A DNA stretch of 50,820 bases from Candidatus Hodarchaeota archaeon (GCA_048886745.1 JBHLKK010000005.1:1-50820); one strand, 5' to 3'; counted from the stretch's first letter, positions 19,492 through 29,537 are shown. Numbers and translations are program-made. Notes: a model not told the origin generated them from the sequence alone.

Positions 19492-20193
19492 ATGTTGCAC
19501 TTCTTGCTGGCTGAATCTGGACTTGAGGTAATTCCATTCAGATTTCAGAGACATTCTTCCGTTAGGCATCAGGCTCGCAGAAAGAAGAAAGATCCCAGCG
19601 AGTTACTTCTTGATGTGTCGCTGCATCATACCTTAATCAGTCAGCTTCCCAATGGTGAGAAGCGCGGTCGACCTGACATCGTTCATTTTTGCTTACTATC
19701 AATACTGGGAACCCCCCTGAATAAGGCAGGATTACTAAGAACCTATGTTCATACTATAGATGATAAGGTCCTTTTTATCAATCCGGAAATAAGGCCACCT
19801 AGAAACTATAACAGATTCGTTGGATTAATTGAACAGCTTTTCAAGATCGGACAAGTACCTCCAGTGGGTGCTCCTCTGCTGCATATCGAGCGCAAATCCC
19901 TTCACGAATTAATCGAGGAAATAGAGCCTCAAATGACAATATTATTTAGCGAAGGTGGAGTCCCGACAACTTCTGAAGCGCTTGTAAGCAAATTGAAAAA
20001 GGGAGAAGATACTGCAGTGATTGTAGGAGGTTTTCCTCACGGCGAGTTCAGTTCCCAAACGAGGAAACTTGCAGATGTGAATATATCCATTGATGCAGAG
20101 CCTTTGGATTCTTGGATAGTTGCTGCAAGAGTAATATCCGCATATGAAGAAGCAATCACACTTTCTCAAAAAAGACTATCAAAAGCCAAATAG
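19492..20193 (+). CDS. nep1: rRNA pseudouridine N1-methyltransferase Nep1/Emg1
   Basis: GRPDIVH, PRNYNRFVGLIEQL, VGGFPHG; start ATG 19492. Confidence 0.93.
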   Translation: MLHFLLAESGLEVIPFRFQRHSSVRHQARRKKKDPSELLLDVSLHHTLISQLPNGEKRGRPDIVHFCLLSILGTPLNKAGLLRTYVHTIDDKVLFINPEIRPPRNYNRFVGLIEQLFKIGQVPPVGAPLLHIERKSLHELIEEIEPQMTILFSEGGVPTTSEALVSKLKKGEDTAVIVGGFPHGEFSSQTRKLADVNISIDAEPLDSWIVAARVISAYEEAITLSQKRLSKAK

Positions 20194-20337
20194 TAGTATC
20201 GACAAAAGCTAAATAGGTCCCGAAGGGCAACTAGGAACTCACTGGGTTAATCTTGGCGGTTTCTCTACCGCTTCACGAATGTATTCTTGAAAGGATGATT
20301 ACTTCCTTTTCTTGTTTACTTAGGCGATGTGCGTAAA

Positions 20338-20351
20338 CCGATAAAGTTAAA
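20338..20351 (+). promoter_or_regulatory. BRE-TATA promoter of tRNA-Gly(TCC)
   Basis: CCGATAAAGTTAAA ends 28 nt before the tRNA 5' end. Confidence 0.75.
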
Positions 20352-20378
20352 ATTAAATTGAGTTTACATATCCTTGAT

Positions 20379-20512
20379 GCGGCCGTCGTCTAGTCTGGCC
20401 TAGGACCTTGGCCTTCCAGCAAATGCAAGCATCGTGCATTTGGCAGAGAGCCAATAACACGGGTTCGAACTGAAAGTATTCTAACTTCACGAAATTCCCG
20501 TCGGCCGCACCA
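20379..20512 (+). tRNA. tRNA-Gly(TCC) with two introns (37/38: 20419-20448; 59/60: 20470-20495); CCA encoded
   Basis: GCGGCCG/CGGCCGC stem, TTGGC-CT-TCC-A[..]A-GCCAA, ACGGG-TTCGAA[..]T-CCCGT; BHB TTCG/CGAA; spliced length 78 nt. Confidence 0.92.
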
Positions 20513-20599
20513 ATTCTAGTCTGGGCCCTTTTCTACAGCCTATTCCATTCTATTACGAAAATCGTAATGTTTTTATCGCATAGAATTGAAGATTTGGTT

Positions 20600-21001
20600 A
20601 TGGACAAAATCGACTTAAAAATCCTGAAGATCTTAAAAAAGAATGCGCGGACCCCTTACATAAAAATCGCAAAAACCGTGGGTTTGACAGAGGGTGCAAT
20701 CAGAAGACGGGTCAAGATTATGCTTAATGAAGGGATAATTGCCAAATTCACAATAGAAACTGCTTCCAAAACCGAGGCAATCGTGTTAATAAAAACAGAT
20801 CCACTTAAAACTGAAAGAATCTCACTGGGACTTAAAGAATTCTCAGAAAAAATCTTTGAAATCTCTGGTGACTATGACATTGCTGCGTTTATCAATTCAG
20901 AATCAATCGAAGAACTTAACGAAAAAATCGATGAAATACGGACTATTGACGGAATTTTGAACACAAATACGTTGATCAAGCTTACTAATCGTGCTGGCTG
21001 A
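20600..21001 (+). CDS. Lrp/AsnC family transcriptional regulator
   Basis: MDKIDLKILKIL..NARTPY..IA..VGLTEGAIRRRV; ISGDYDI. Confidence 0.92.
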   Translation: MDKIDLKILKILKKNARTPYIKIAKTVGLTEGAIRRRVKIMLNEGIIAKFTIETASKTEAIVLIKTDPLKTERISLGLKEFSEKIFEISGDYDIAAFINSESIEELNEKIDEIRTIDGILNTNTLIKLTNRAG

Positions 21002-21133
21002 GAAAGGACTAATTTTGTAAGTTAATTCTCTTATCCTGAGAAAGGGCAATTAGCCCCTTGATATCCTGCAGATTATCCGATCGGACTGGGATGAGGATGG
21101 TCGACTGCGGCACCTAGTTATGTGGCAGCTGTG

Positions 21134-21646
21134 TTAGGTACTTGGTGGACCTGCTTGTAAATGGACGAGTTGAACAAGTGCGAATGCGCCCTGAAATAAG
21201 TTGAAAAGGAGCGCTGTTGTGTAGAAGGCGGGTTCTAGATTTGGGTACAAGCCGAGCATGGCTAGAATCAATGGAACCTGGAGCGGAACCTCGAGCAAGA
21301 GCCAAAAAAGCACGGATGTCACGGGGCTGGTCCGCGTTGCGGTCATCATGAGTTCTCTATTCAATGGATCTCGAAGTGACAAGATGATTAAGGCCCAGTT
21401 GAGAGAAAAGAAGATTAGACTGGAAAAAAACCAGAGGATGTGATCAGTGATGCCATAGAGATTAAGACCGACTGGTGTGAGGGCCGCAACCATCACAGCA
21501 AGTCCAATAATGACCATACCTCGAATCCGTGAGAGTTGAGCAGCATCAACCTCTTCTCGGCGAGTGACACCGATAAGAGCACCAAAGCCGACAAAGATAC
21601 CTGCGATTTCAGCTATCGCAATAAACAACGGTAAGTCGAGGGCCAC
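21134..21646 (-). CDS. Hypothetical multi-pass membrane protein in a cassette-like context
   Basis: About 5 hydrophobic segments (IAEIAGIFVGFGALI...); GTG start. Confidence 0.75.
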   Translation of the reverse strand: MALDLPLFIAIAEIAGIFVGFGALIGVTRREEVDAAQLSRIRGMVIIGLAVMVAALTPVGLNLYGITDHILWFFSSLIFFSLNWALIILSLRDPLNRELMMTATRTSPVTSVLFWLLLEVPLQVPLILAMLGLYPNLEPAFYTTALLFNLFQGAFALVQLVHLQAGPPST

Positions 21647-21761
21647 GTTTCCACCGCCTAACTTGTCATTATAATTGTGTTTGCTCCTACATCTTTTCCC
21701 GTTAATTAAGCGTCATACGCTTTTATATCTATCCGGTTATAGTCTACGGACGGTGAAGGAT

Positions 21762-22379
21762 ATGACAAATTCAGTAATTGAAGCCATAAACAACAGAAGA
21801 TCTTGCAGATGCTATGAGCCAAAACCTATTCCGAGGGAGATCATCAAAACAATCATCGAGGCTGGTAATCGGGCCCCTTCAAGGGGAAGGCTGGAAAAAA
21901 GCAAGAAGGAAGTTCTTTTTCAGCCTTGGCGGTTTGTTGTTGTCGAGAATCCAGAGTTCAAGCAGAAACTCGTACAGACCACGCTGCCAATCTGGAAAAA
22001 AAGCACTGAACAAACCAAGGAGATGCTCCCTGAATGGTACGAGAAAGCAATGCGACTCTATGAGGTGATGGACGAACCCAAAGATATGGTTTACTATTCT
22101 GCACCTGTCATCCTCTTTGTGGTAGGCCCAGCTGACTATGCTGTTAGTTGTGCGCTTGCCTGCGAGAACATCATGATTGCTGCCCATTCTCTCGGTCTTG
22201 GAAGCTGCTATGTGGGATTCGGATCAATGGTTAAAGGTAATGCTGATATTGTGCAAACCCTCGAGCTAACGGATGATGAACGAATATACGGGCCTATCGT
22301 GCTTGGCTATCCAAAGGATATCCCTGAAGCACGCGCTATGCTGTCGAAGAAAGAAGAACCCAAGATCAAATGGATCTAG
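21762..22379 (+). CDS. Nitroreductase family protein
   Basis: AINNRRSCRCY, APS...QPWRFVV, NIMIAAHSLGLGSCY, LGYP. Confidence 0.92.
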   Translation: MTNSVIEAINNRRSCRCYEPKPIPREIIKTIIEAGNRAPSRGRLEKSKKEVLFQPWRFVVVENPEFKQKLVQTTLPIWKKSTEQTKEMLPEWYEKAMRLYEVMDEPKDMVYYSAPVILFVVGPADYAVSCALACENIMIAAHSLGLGSCYVGFGSMVKGNADIVQTLELTDDERIYGPIVLGYPKDIPEARAMLSKKEEPKIKWI

Positions 22380-22545
22380 AAGTTAACTAACCTGTCGTCA
22401 AAAATAGAATTCAGACCAGCTAAGTTTAGTCTGACGATTGGATCATTCCAAAATCTCGAAAGTTAATGGAAGATTGTTGATGTCACTTGCTAAAGATTAT
22501 CTGTTTCTGGTGATTATCTACCTTACAATTGGGAAATAGAAGCAT

Positions 22546-23433
22546 CTAGTCAACAATGTCTTTGAGATATATCTTGTACTTGCCTAGCTTCCCACCATAA
22601 TTCCCCGCTGATATTTTTAAAACTCCTTCTACATCTTCAATATTCTTGATAGTTGCTCTCATCGCTTCCTTTACAACATCGAGAGAAATACCATTTATCA
22701 CTATTTCGGGAATAGAAACTGTTCCTTCTGGAACCAATGAATCAGGTATTTTTCCTTTCAGTGTTGGACAAAAGGGATGATTAGTGGTTGGGCCTATCTC
22801 AGGATAGTTCGTTTCAACCTTCGAACCTGCAGAGCATATGTCAAAGGGTGTGATTGCTCCATCTATCCTGTTTATTGCATCGACCGCCTTGTCTCCTGCC
22901 TCCAATGCAGCGTCAATAGTCTTGCAGAAATACCATATGTTTCCGCCCATTATTCCTTTAGAATAGCCTAAATGGCGTTCTATCAGGAAATCTCCCATCA
23001 TGATTGGAATATTAATCATTCGGCGACCCAGATAATCAATTTCCTCTTCATAGCCGTCGCCACAATGTCCAACTCTGTTCATGATATCGATCTTCTTCTC
23101 TGAATCCAAGGCATTAAAGACTGTAGTAGTGGGTACGACGAGTATGCCTTGTCGTATTCGTTTCGCCAATTCAATCTCTAGAGTTTCTACCGCCTTTTCT
23201 CCCCCAAGTATCCATACCTGGATAATTGCTCCCCTACGCTCATCTGGTGTTTCAGTCTCATTTAACCACCTGTCAATACCTCCCTCCGCCTCTCCCAGTA
23301 CCGTTAGGGGAAGTGCTGTTGCGCTCGTGACGGCTCTTATAAGTCTCTTTTCGTCCTTTGCGGTAATCATAATCCTGGCAAGCAAGCCATCAAATGCTTC
23401 CGCATAAGTATCTTCAATTTCTGGCTTCATCAT
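22546..23433 (-). CDS. ftr: Formylmethanofuran:tetrahydromethanopterin formyltransferase (or Ftr-like)
   Basis: [49 protein letters not shown]. Confidence 0.9.
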   Translation of the reverse strand: MMKPEIEDTYAEAFDGLLARIMITAKDEKRLIRAVTSATALPLTVLGEAEGGIDRWLNETETPDERRGAIIQVWILGGEKAVETLEIELAKRIRQGILVVPTTTVFNALDSEKKIDIMNRVGHCGDGYEEEIDYLGRRMINIPIMMGDFLIERHLGYSKGIMGGNIWYFCKTIDAALEAGDKAVDAINRIDGAITPFDICSAGSKVETNYPEIGPTTNHPFCPTLKGKIPDSLVPEGTVSIPEIVINGISLDVVKEAMRATIKNIEDVEGVLKISAGNYGGKLGKYKIYLKDIVD

Positions 23434-23500
23434 TTCTCCTCAACTCACAAGTATTCATAACTTCATTTCAGATATTGTTGAAGTATATCAAATCCATGCT

Positions 23501-24181
23501 TTAGGGAGATTGCTTTACCTCAAAATAGGGGATGATTTGTGTAAGGTCTCTCTCTCGTATCACGTGGTCTGCTATTTGGACTAGCATAGCATCAGAAGGG
23601 CAAAATGCTATTTTTAGCTTCGCAACTCTAAATATTTCAAGATCGTTTACAGAATCCCCAATTACTGCGCATTCCTCCCATTCTAATCCCTCGGTGCTGA
23701 GGACATTCTCCTCAACAACCTGCCGCTTCTTATCGAAAGGCACATTTATTACTGTTTTGCCCGTTAGCACACCATCCTTTTGCTCCAAGTCATTTGCATA
23801 AATGTACTTAAAGCTCAGATTGTCAAATCTCTCTTTAAGAACACTTAACAATCCACCGCTAGAGACTGCTGCGGCGACATATTCCATTTCATTAAGTTTG
23901 TTTAGGGCCTCTTCAGCTCCCTTTGTTAAAGGAATATCCAATAACAGCTCTTTCACTTTCTCATATGAAATATCCTTCCACGCACTAGCCTCTAGATCTG
24001 CCCATTCTTGATAAGATAATTCTCCTTGGAAAAACATTTGCATATTCCGGCTATATTCCGTTTCGTCGAATGTCTCAAGTTTTTCGTGTAAATAGGTCCA
24101 GAAACTCCTCACTTCCAGCAAAACACCGTCTACATCAAAGATAATCAATTTGACCATACCAATGCCTCTCCCAACACTCAT
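23501..24181 (-). CDS. HAD-superfamily phosphoserine phosphatase-like protein
   Basis: FDVDGVL, VSSG, K, GDSVND; alternative start ATG 24157. Confidence 0.85.
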   Translation of the reverse strand: MSVGRGIGMVKLIIFDVDGVLLEVRSFWTYLHEKLETFDETEYSRNMQMFFQGELSYQEWADLEASAWKDISYEKVKELLLDIPLTKGAEEALNKLNEMEYVAAAVSSGGLLSVLKERFDNLSFKYIYANDLEQKDGVLTGKTVINVPFDKKRQVVEENVLSTEGLEWEECAVIGDSVNDLEIFRVAKLKIAFCPSDAMLVQIADHVIRERDLTQIIPYFEVKQSP

Positions 24182-24387
24182 TTTGACAGCATAACTTCGG
24201 TTGCTTTGATAATAGCATCTACTATATTCCCTTCCTTGAGTTCTAACTCTTCGGCAGCTTCTCGTGCTATCACTGCTGTAATCATGAATGGTGCATTTAC
24301 TCTTATTTGAACCTTTGAAATAACTCCTCTTTTATCGATTTTTAGAATTTCACCCTCCAACTTGTTCCTAGCGCTAAGTTCCATCAT
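24178..24387 (-). CDS. TOBE/molbindin (Mop) domain protein
   Basis: LSARNKLEG...ITAVIA...L.L..G..V.A.IKA. Confidence 0.9.
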   Translation of the reverse strand: MMELSARNKLEGEILKIDKRGVISKVQIRVNAPFMITAVIAREAAEELELKEGNIVDAIIKATEVMLSK

Positions 24388-24965
24388 ATGCCCCTCTTGT
24401 CTATCATAATCTCTGTTGCTTTTATAATCACTCTGGCATTAGCTCCTGCCGTTAGATCAAGGTTTTCAACGGCCTCCTCGGTAATTATAGAAGTAATTAA
24501 TACGGGACTTTCTACTTTAATCTTTATTGATGCTGTTTGAGCATCTTTCTTAACCTCAACAATTTTGCCTTTTATTCTGTTTCTCTCCTTTGTCCTCAGA
24601 CCATATGCCTCCCATAACTCTGGATTCTGGAGGGCATATTCTATATATACATTGAATCTTTGGAATTTCTTCAGGATACGTTTGCCTGAGTTTGTAAGCC
24701 ACATTCCCCCTCCCCCTCTAAATCCTCCCTTGAATCTCTCGACTACCGGTTTTCCCAATCTCTCCTCGATCTTTTTTAGCTGGTTCCAAGCATGTCTATA
24801 GGATATAGAAAGTGCTTCGGCAGCAGCTGCCAGGGAGCCCTTGTCCTTTATGAGCTGCAGTAACATGGCACCACCCACGCCCAAAATAGTCCTATCTCCA
24901 AACTCCAACCAGATTTTAAATCTTGGTTTTATCTCGTCTTTTGTCAAGAGAATTTTCCCACCCAA
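24384..24965 (-). CDS. ModE-like regulator (wHTH + TOBE)
   Basis: GSLAAAAEALSISYRHAW, GGFRGGG, C-terminal TOBE. Confidence 0.88.
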   Translation of the reverse strand: MGGKILLTKDEIKPRFKIWLEFGDRTILGVGGAMLLQLIKDKGSLAAAAEALSISYRHAWNQLKKIEERLGKPVVERFKGGFRGGGGMWLTNSGKRILKKFQRFNVYIEYALQNPELWEAYGLRTKERNRIKGKIVEVKKDAQTASIKIKVESPVLITSIITEEAVENLDLTAGANARVIIKATEIMIDKRGI

Positions 24966-25073
24966 TTAGAATTATTCATAGACAGATGTTATTCATTGAT
25001 GGTAAAAAAACTTGACCTATTTCCTGTCGATATCTCTCTTGATACCTTATCAAAAAAAAGGAAGGGAATCTTA

Positions 25074-25418
25074 TCATACTACTGCAGCGTATATTCCTGC
25101 TATTATGACTAGAAGTGCTCCGATGTCGCCTCCGAAGATAATCGAAATCACTCCGAGAATGAGAAGTGTTATCCAGTGGATATCTACCTTAAGAGAGATG
25201 TTGATCACACCATAGCTGGCCAATAATATAAGTGCAATGATTATCACAATTGCTGCTGAGATAATTCTTTCAAGTCCGAGGGGGAAATGTATGCTGATAA
25301 ATCCGTATCCGAATATCATTAAGACTGCGAAGATAATAGATAGTATTGCTCCGATTACTGTCAATGCTCGTATGTTATTGTCATGTTTCTTTGAAGACTT
25401 CTTCTTGGGCAATGACAC
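25074..25418 (-). CDS. Small hypothetical membrane protein
   Basis: 3-4 hydrophobic helices. Confidence 0.7.
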   Translation of the reverse strand: MSLPKKKSSKKHDNNIRALTVIGAILSIIFAVLMIFGYGFISIHFPLGLERIISAAIVIIIALILLASYGVINISLKVDIHWITLLILGVISIIFGGDIGALLVIIAGIYAAVV

Positions 25419-25519
25419 TCTCTCCTAAAACATATTTTATGAAGGTCTTGTTTTATCAAACTTCATTATATTTTTTGCGGAGCCTCTATGAGCTGACTCT
25501 CTAGAACGAAAAGTGGCTA

Positions 25520-27397
25520 CTACAGGGTTTCTGTTGGTGGTCTTTTGATCATTTGATATGCCGGGTATGTTGAAATAAGGCAGGTCGCAAAGAGAATGAC
25601 TATTATAGTTGTCAAAACGGCCAACAAGGTAAAGATGGAGGGCCAAACCGGCATCGGAATCAGAAACAATGCTATGAAAACTAGACCAACAACTATACCC
25701 AATACCCCTCCTCCTGTTGTGAGTATGACACTCTCTGCAATAAGAGTCTTGAGAAGTCTCATACGCTTTGCTCCCAGAGCTCTCATTATGGCCAAATCCT
25801 TTTTCCTGTTTGTGGTCAATATGGTTAAAGTATTCACGATTGTGAAGAATAGTGTAAGAGAAGGCAGAACAGAGAGTATCGATATGAAGTTCCAGAGATT
25901 CCCCATAAATTGAATGTTTGTATTGACTAATGGTTGCAGACTAACATATGATAAACCAAGCTCCTCGATAATTGCTCCGGCTTCTGAGGTGAGACCTGGA
26001 CTGTCGCTGCCCTTTACTAAAACTAGATTCAAACTTTCCAGTCCAACGAGCTCTTGAAGCTCGTCTATATTGATATAGAGAGTGTTTCCATTATTTAAGG
26101 GGTCTAGGATGATTCCACAGATCGCAAAATTCTCTTCCAAGAGAATCAAAGATTGCTGAAGGGGATCCTCAAAAGTACCAAATGCGAGGGAGTCTCCTAT
26201 GGCTACAATCTGACTATCTGATCTAGTGATGAATCTACCTTCCATAAACCATTCTGTAACAAGACTGGCAGGGTCCAATCCCACAACCAGTGTTTCAGCA
26301 TGTCTAGAATCTCCGATTCTTCTATAATTATCCGGATCGTTTGGATCAATTACGATGTGATAGATTTCATCAATGGTTGAGAATGCTAGCAGCTGACCGC
26401 TAATAACTTCGAGTTCCTCAACCTTTTCTAATTCTTGTAGCAATGTTGTATTAAATAAATAGCTCCCATTTAGAAAATCAAAATCCTCTATATAGCTTGT
26501 TTCAGATGAAGAGAATGATCTCATCATATTAGTGTATTGCTCTAGAACATCAGGGTTGCCAATAGCGAATATGTCTTGCCCCGAGCCTTTGGAAACATAG
26601 CTAATTGTTGTATTTCTGGCGAGGGCGGTCCCAAAGAGGAGAATTACAATAAGAGACGTGCCGACTGTGACTATGGCGAAAGTCCTACGACTTCGTCGTG
26701 GAATCGATTTGATGCTTCGTATTGCAACCCTAAATGATTGCCCCATCTTAGAAAGGAATTTGGAAAAGGCAGATAATTTTTTGACTTTTAGCTGTTCTTC
26801 GCTTTCCTCAGGATACAGAGCATCAACAACTTTCAATTCTAATCCACGAGTAATCTCCAAACTTCCAAAGACATAGATCAGTGTGAATGAAACAATGGCT
26901 ACAAGAGCAGTTTCCAGAGAACGAAATCCAACGGGAAATCCAAAGCCTGCAACCAGAAACATCTGACCCATAGTAAAATATAACGCCAAACCCAAAGCAA
27001 TTCCGGAGAGAATTCCGGTTAGTCCTATAATCAATGTTTCAACCATGAAATAATGGTGTATGTTATCGCTTAAACTACCAATAGCCTTCATTATTCCAAT
27101 GTTGCGGGTATGCCTCTCCATCATTGTGGATATTATGAATGCTATTACGGTCGACGTTAAGATGAAACACAGTATAGACGAAAATATCACAAAGTGGAAG
27201 AAAAGGTTACGGAACCCAGCTGTTGTAAGCGCTCTCAAGCCGCCAGAAATGCTTATTCCAAGACTCCCTCCTAAATGAAGTATCAGTGTGTTTATGGATA
27301 CTGCCATATTTAGAGAAAAAATCCCAGTGACCACCTCTCCCTTTCTTTCTTTTATGTCTCTAAGCGCAAAACTAGTCGCACTCATTATCCGACACAA
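25520..27397 (-). CDS. ABC transporter permease, FtsX/MacB type
   Basis: Two repeats (IGIMKAIG, LAIMRALGA) and an extracellular domain. Confidence 0.88.
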   Translation of the reverse strand: MCRIMSATSFALRDIKERKGEVVTGIFSLNMAVSINTLILHLGGSLGISISGGLRALTTAGFRNLFFHFVIFSSILCFILTSTVIAFIISTMMERHTRNIGIMKAIGSLSDNIHHYFMVETLIIGLTGILSGIALGLALYFTMGQMFLVAGFGFPVGFRSLETALVAIVSFTLIYVFGSLEITRGLELKVVDALYPEESEEQLKVKKLSAFSKFLSKMGQSFRVAIRSIKSIPRRSRRTFAIVTVGTSLIVILLFGTALARNTTISYVSKGSGQDIFAIGNPDVLEQYTNMMRSFSSSETSYIEDFDFLNGSYLFNTTLLQELEKVEELEVISGQLLAFSTIDEIYHIVIDPNDPDNYRRIGDSRHAETLVVGLDPASLVTEWFMEGRFITRSDSQIVAIGDSLAFGTFEDPLQQSLILLEENFAICGIILDPLNNGNTLYINIDELQELVGLESLNLVLVKGSDSPGLTSEAGAIIEELGLSYVSLQPLVNTNIQFMGNLWNFISILSVLPSLTLFFTIVNTLTILTTNRKKDLAIMRALGAKRMRLLKTLIAESVILTTGGGVLGIVVGLVFIALFLIPMPVWPSIFTLLAVLTTIIVILFATCLISTYPAYQMIKRPPTETL

Positions 27398-28064
27398 CCC
27401 TTCCTTCCACCAAAATGATCTTCCTTGTTGACTGCTTTAGGATTCTTTTATCGTGGGTTACCACAATAACGGTATTTCCTTCCTTGTGGTATTCTTTAAG
27501 AAGATTTGAGATTCTGAGACTATTGGCCTTATCCAAGTTAGCTGTAGGTTCATCTGCGATCAACAATGACGGGTTATTTGCAAAGGCTCTGGCAAAGGCA
27601 GCTCTTTGTCTTTCTCCCCCACTAAGTTGGCTTGGTAGGTGATCCTTTCTATGGGACAAATCAACCATTTCTAACAATTCTAATGCTCTTTCATGACTAT
27701 AATCCTCCTCAAAGTTTGCCAGCTCCAGAGGATATATTATATTTTCTGAGACTGTTAAGACAGATACCAGATTGTACTCCTGAAAAACAAAACCGATGTT
27801 TATACACCTGAAGGTTGCCAACTCTTCCTCATCAAGAATCCCAATGTCTGTGCCGAAGACCGTGATCTTTCCATGTGTTGGGGAATCCAACCCTCCAACA
27901 ATATTCAAAAGCGTTGTTTTTCCCGATCCTGATGCTCCATCAATAGCAATAAGACTCTTTTCGGCTATTGTCAGGTTTATGTTTTGTAAAGCATTGACAT
28001 CCACTTCTCCCAATCTGTATACTTTGGATATTTCCTTTAGCTCAACAGCATTGACGATCGTCAA
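27372..28064 (-). CDS. ABC transporter ATP-binding protein (LolD/MacB-like)
   Basis: GASGSGKTT, LSGGERQR, DEPT, VTHD. Confidence 0.95.
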   Translation of the reverse strand: MTIVNAVELKEISKVYRLGEVDVNALQNINLTIAEKSLIAIDGASGSGKTTLLNIVGGLDSPTHGKITVFGTDIGILDEEELATFRCINIGFVFQEYNLVSVLTVSENIIYPLELANFEEDYSHERALELLEMVDLSHRKDHLPSQLSGGERQRAAFARAFANNPSLLIADEPTANLDKANSLRISNLLKEYHKEGNTVIVVTHDKRILKQSTRKIILVEGRVVSDNECD

Positions 28065-28145
28065 AAACCTAAACCCCCCCTCATAGTTAAGTAGGTATGA
28101 GACATATATGTCTTAGCGGAATTCAGAATAATAGATGACTGAAAT

Positions 28146-28688
28146 CTAACTTGCTTTACGGGTCAGCTCAGGAATTGAGGCTATGATTACTGTGGCTATG
28201 GCCGCCGAGTTTATCATGATTACGAATTTAGCGGCTCTAGAAAGAGTTCTTATTGGTTCTGGAGGGATTAGAACGTAGCTTGCCGCAAATGGAAGAAAGT
28301 ATACGGCGAAAAAAATCCCTAAAACAACTAATGACGCTCGAATTGCAAAACCAAAAAGTTGTTTTCTTTTGCCTTTTTTCCTTCGGACCAGCGCCTCTGT
28401 TAGAAGTATTTCAGCTGCTGCCAAAACTAAAGTCGCCCCCAGAGGTACTAATATCAATAGATACTCACTATTAACTACAAGAAAGACTTGTGCGAATAGT
28501 ATTATTGGGATTTGAGCAATACCGGCTAGACCTATGAGAAACACTGCAATACCGATGGACGGTGCTCTTTTCCATCTGATAGTAACGGACAAAATATTCC
28601 CTCCATTGGTAATTCTTGAGACTCTTTCAGCTTTGCTATTTATTTTATTTTCGGTGGTAACAAAATATGGACCACTGCTTTCTATCAA
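28146..28688 (-). CDS. Hypothetical membrane protein (start uncertain)
   Basis: 4 hydrophobic helices with a basic loop. Confidence 0.65.
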   Translation of the reverse strand: MIESSGPYFVTTENKINSKAERVSRITNGGNILSVTIRWKRAPSIGIAVFLIGLAGIAQIPIILFAQVFLVVNSEYLLILVPLGATLVLAAAEILLTEALVRRKKGKRKQLFGFAIRASLVVLGIFFAVYFLPFAASYVLIPPEPIRTLSRAAKFVIMINSAAIATVIIASIPELTRKAS

Positions 28689-28735
28689 ACTACCTTTTGG
28701 CCGTTAACTCCCAGGTTCTGCAGAGGATTTTCCCG

Positions 28736-28749
28736 CCGATAAAGTTAAA
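28736..28749 (+). promoter_or_regulatory. BRE-TATA promoter upstream of the FKBP PPIase
   Basis: Exact CCGATAAAGTTAAA. Confidence 0.7.
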
Positions 28750-28814
28750 ACTCAATTTCTATATCAGATTCTCCTAGTGAATCTCAGCAAATGATCTCTT
28801 GTAGGTGATCTTAA

Positions 28815-29537
28815 TTGTCAAACTCAAAAAACGTTGTACAATCCTTAAAGAAAGGTGATTTCATACTGGCAGATATGATTGGACGGGTAAAGGAAACCAA
28901 TAACATATTTGATATAACTTTGGAAGATGTGGCCAAGAAAGAAAATCTGTTTTCTGAAGAAGCAATATACAGACCTCGATTGATCATAATCGGGGAAGGT
29001 TGGGTTGTCAATGGATTGGATGAAGCTCTAGAGGGATTAACACTTGGTGAAACAAAAACAATTGAAGTTACTCCCGAGAAAGGATTTGGAGAAAGAGACC
29101 CAAGTGCAATTAAAGTCCTGTCAATCAGAGAATTTAGACGGCAAAGTGTAAAGCCTCACCCTGGTATGCGCGTTCAGATAGGTGCACGTAGAGGTACAGT
29201 TGTTAGTGTCGGTGGGGGTAGGGTTCGAGTTGATTTTAACCCTCCACTGGCCGGAAAAACCTTGATTTATGAGGTCACTGTTCAAAAGAAAATTACAGCA
29301 GCAATAGATAAAATAAAGGCTCTAATAGAGCGTAGGATAAGCGATGTTCCTGTAGAAAACTTCAAAGTTAGTGTAAGGAGCAAAAAAGTAACCATAGATG
29401 TTCCAAAAGACGCCATGTTCCTTGAGGGAATACAGTTTGTAAAGAGGGGAATCGCAAAAGACATTAGAAAATTCCTGACTAATATAGAATCCATTGCTTA
29501 CGTAGAAGCCTTTACAAAAGAGGATCTCCTGAGTTGA
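28815..29537 (+). CDS. Long-type archaeal FKBP peptidyl-prolyl isomerase
   Basis: IFDIT, IGEGWVVNGLDEAL, PEKGFGERD, VDFNPPLAGKTL. Confidence 0.92.
   Translation: MSNSKNVVQSLKKGDFILADMIGRVKETNNIFDITLEDVAKKENLFSEEAIYRPRLIIIGEGWVVNGLDEALEGLTLGETKTIEVTPEKGFGERDPSAIKVLSIREFRRQSVKPHPGMRVQIGARRGTVVSVGGGRVRVDFNPPLAGKTLIYEVTVQKKITAAIDKIKALIERRISDVPVENFKVSVRSKKVTIDVPKDAMFLEGIQFVKRGIAKDIRKFLTNIESIAYVEAFTKEDLLS

Noticed and set aside
20490-22545. Provirus or integrative element at tRNA-Gly(TCC)
   Set aside because: No duplicated tRNA 3' end (attR) and no integrase seen.
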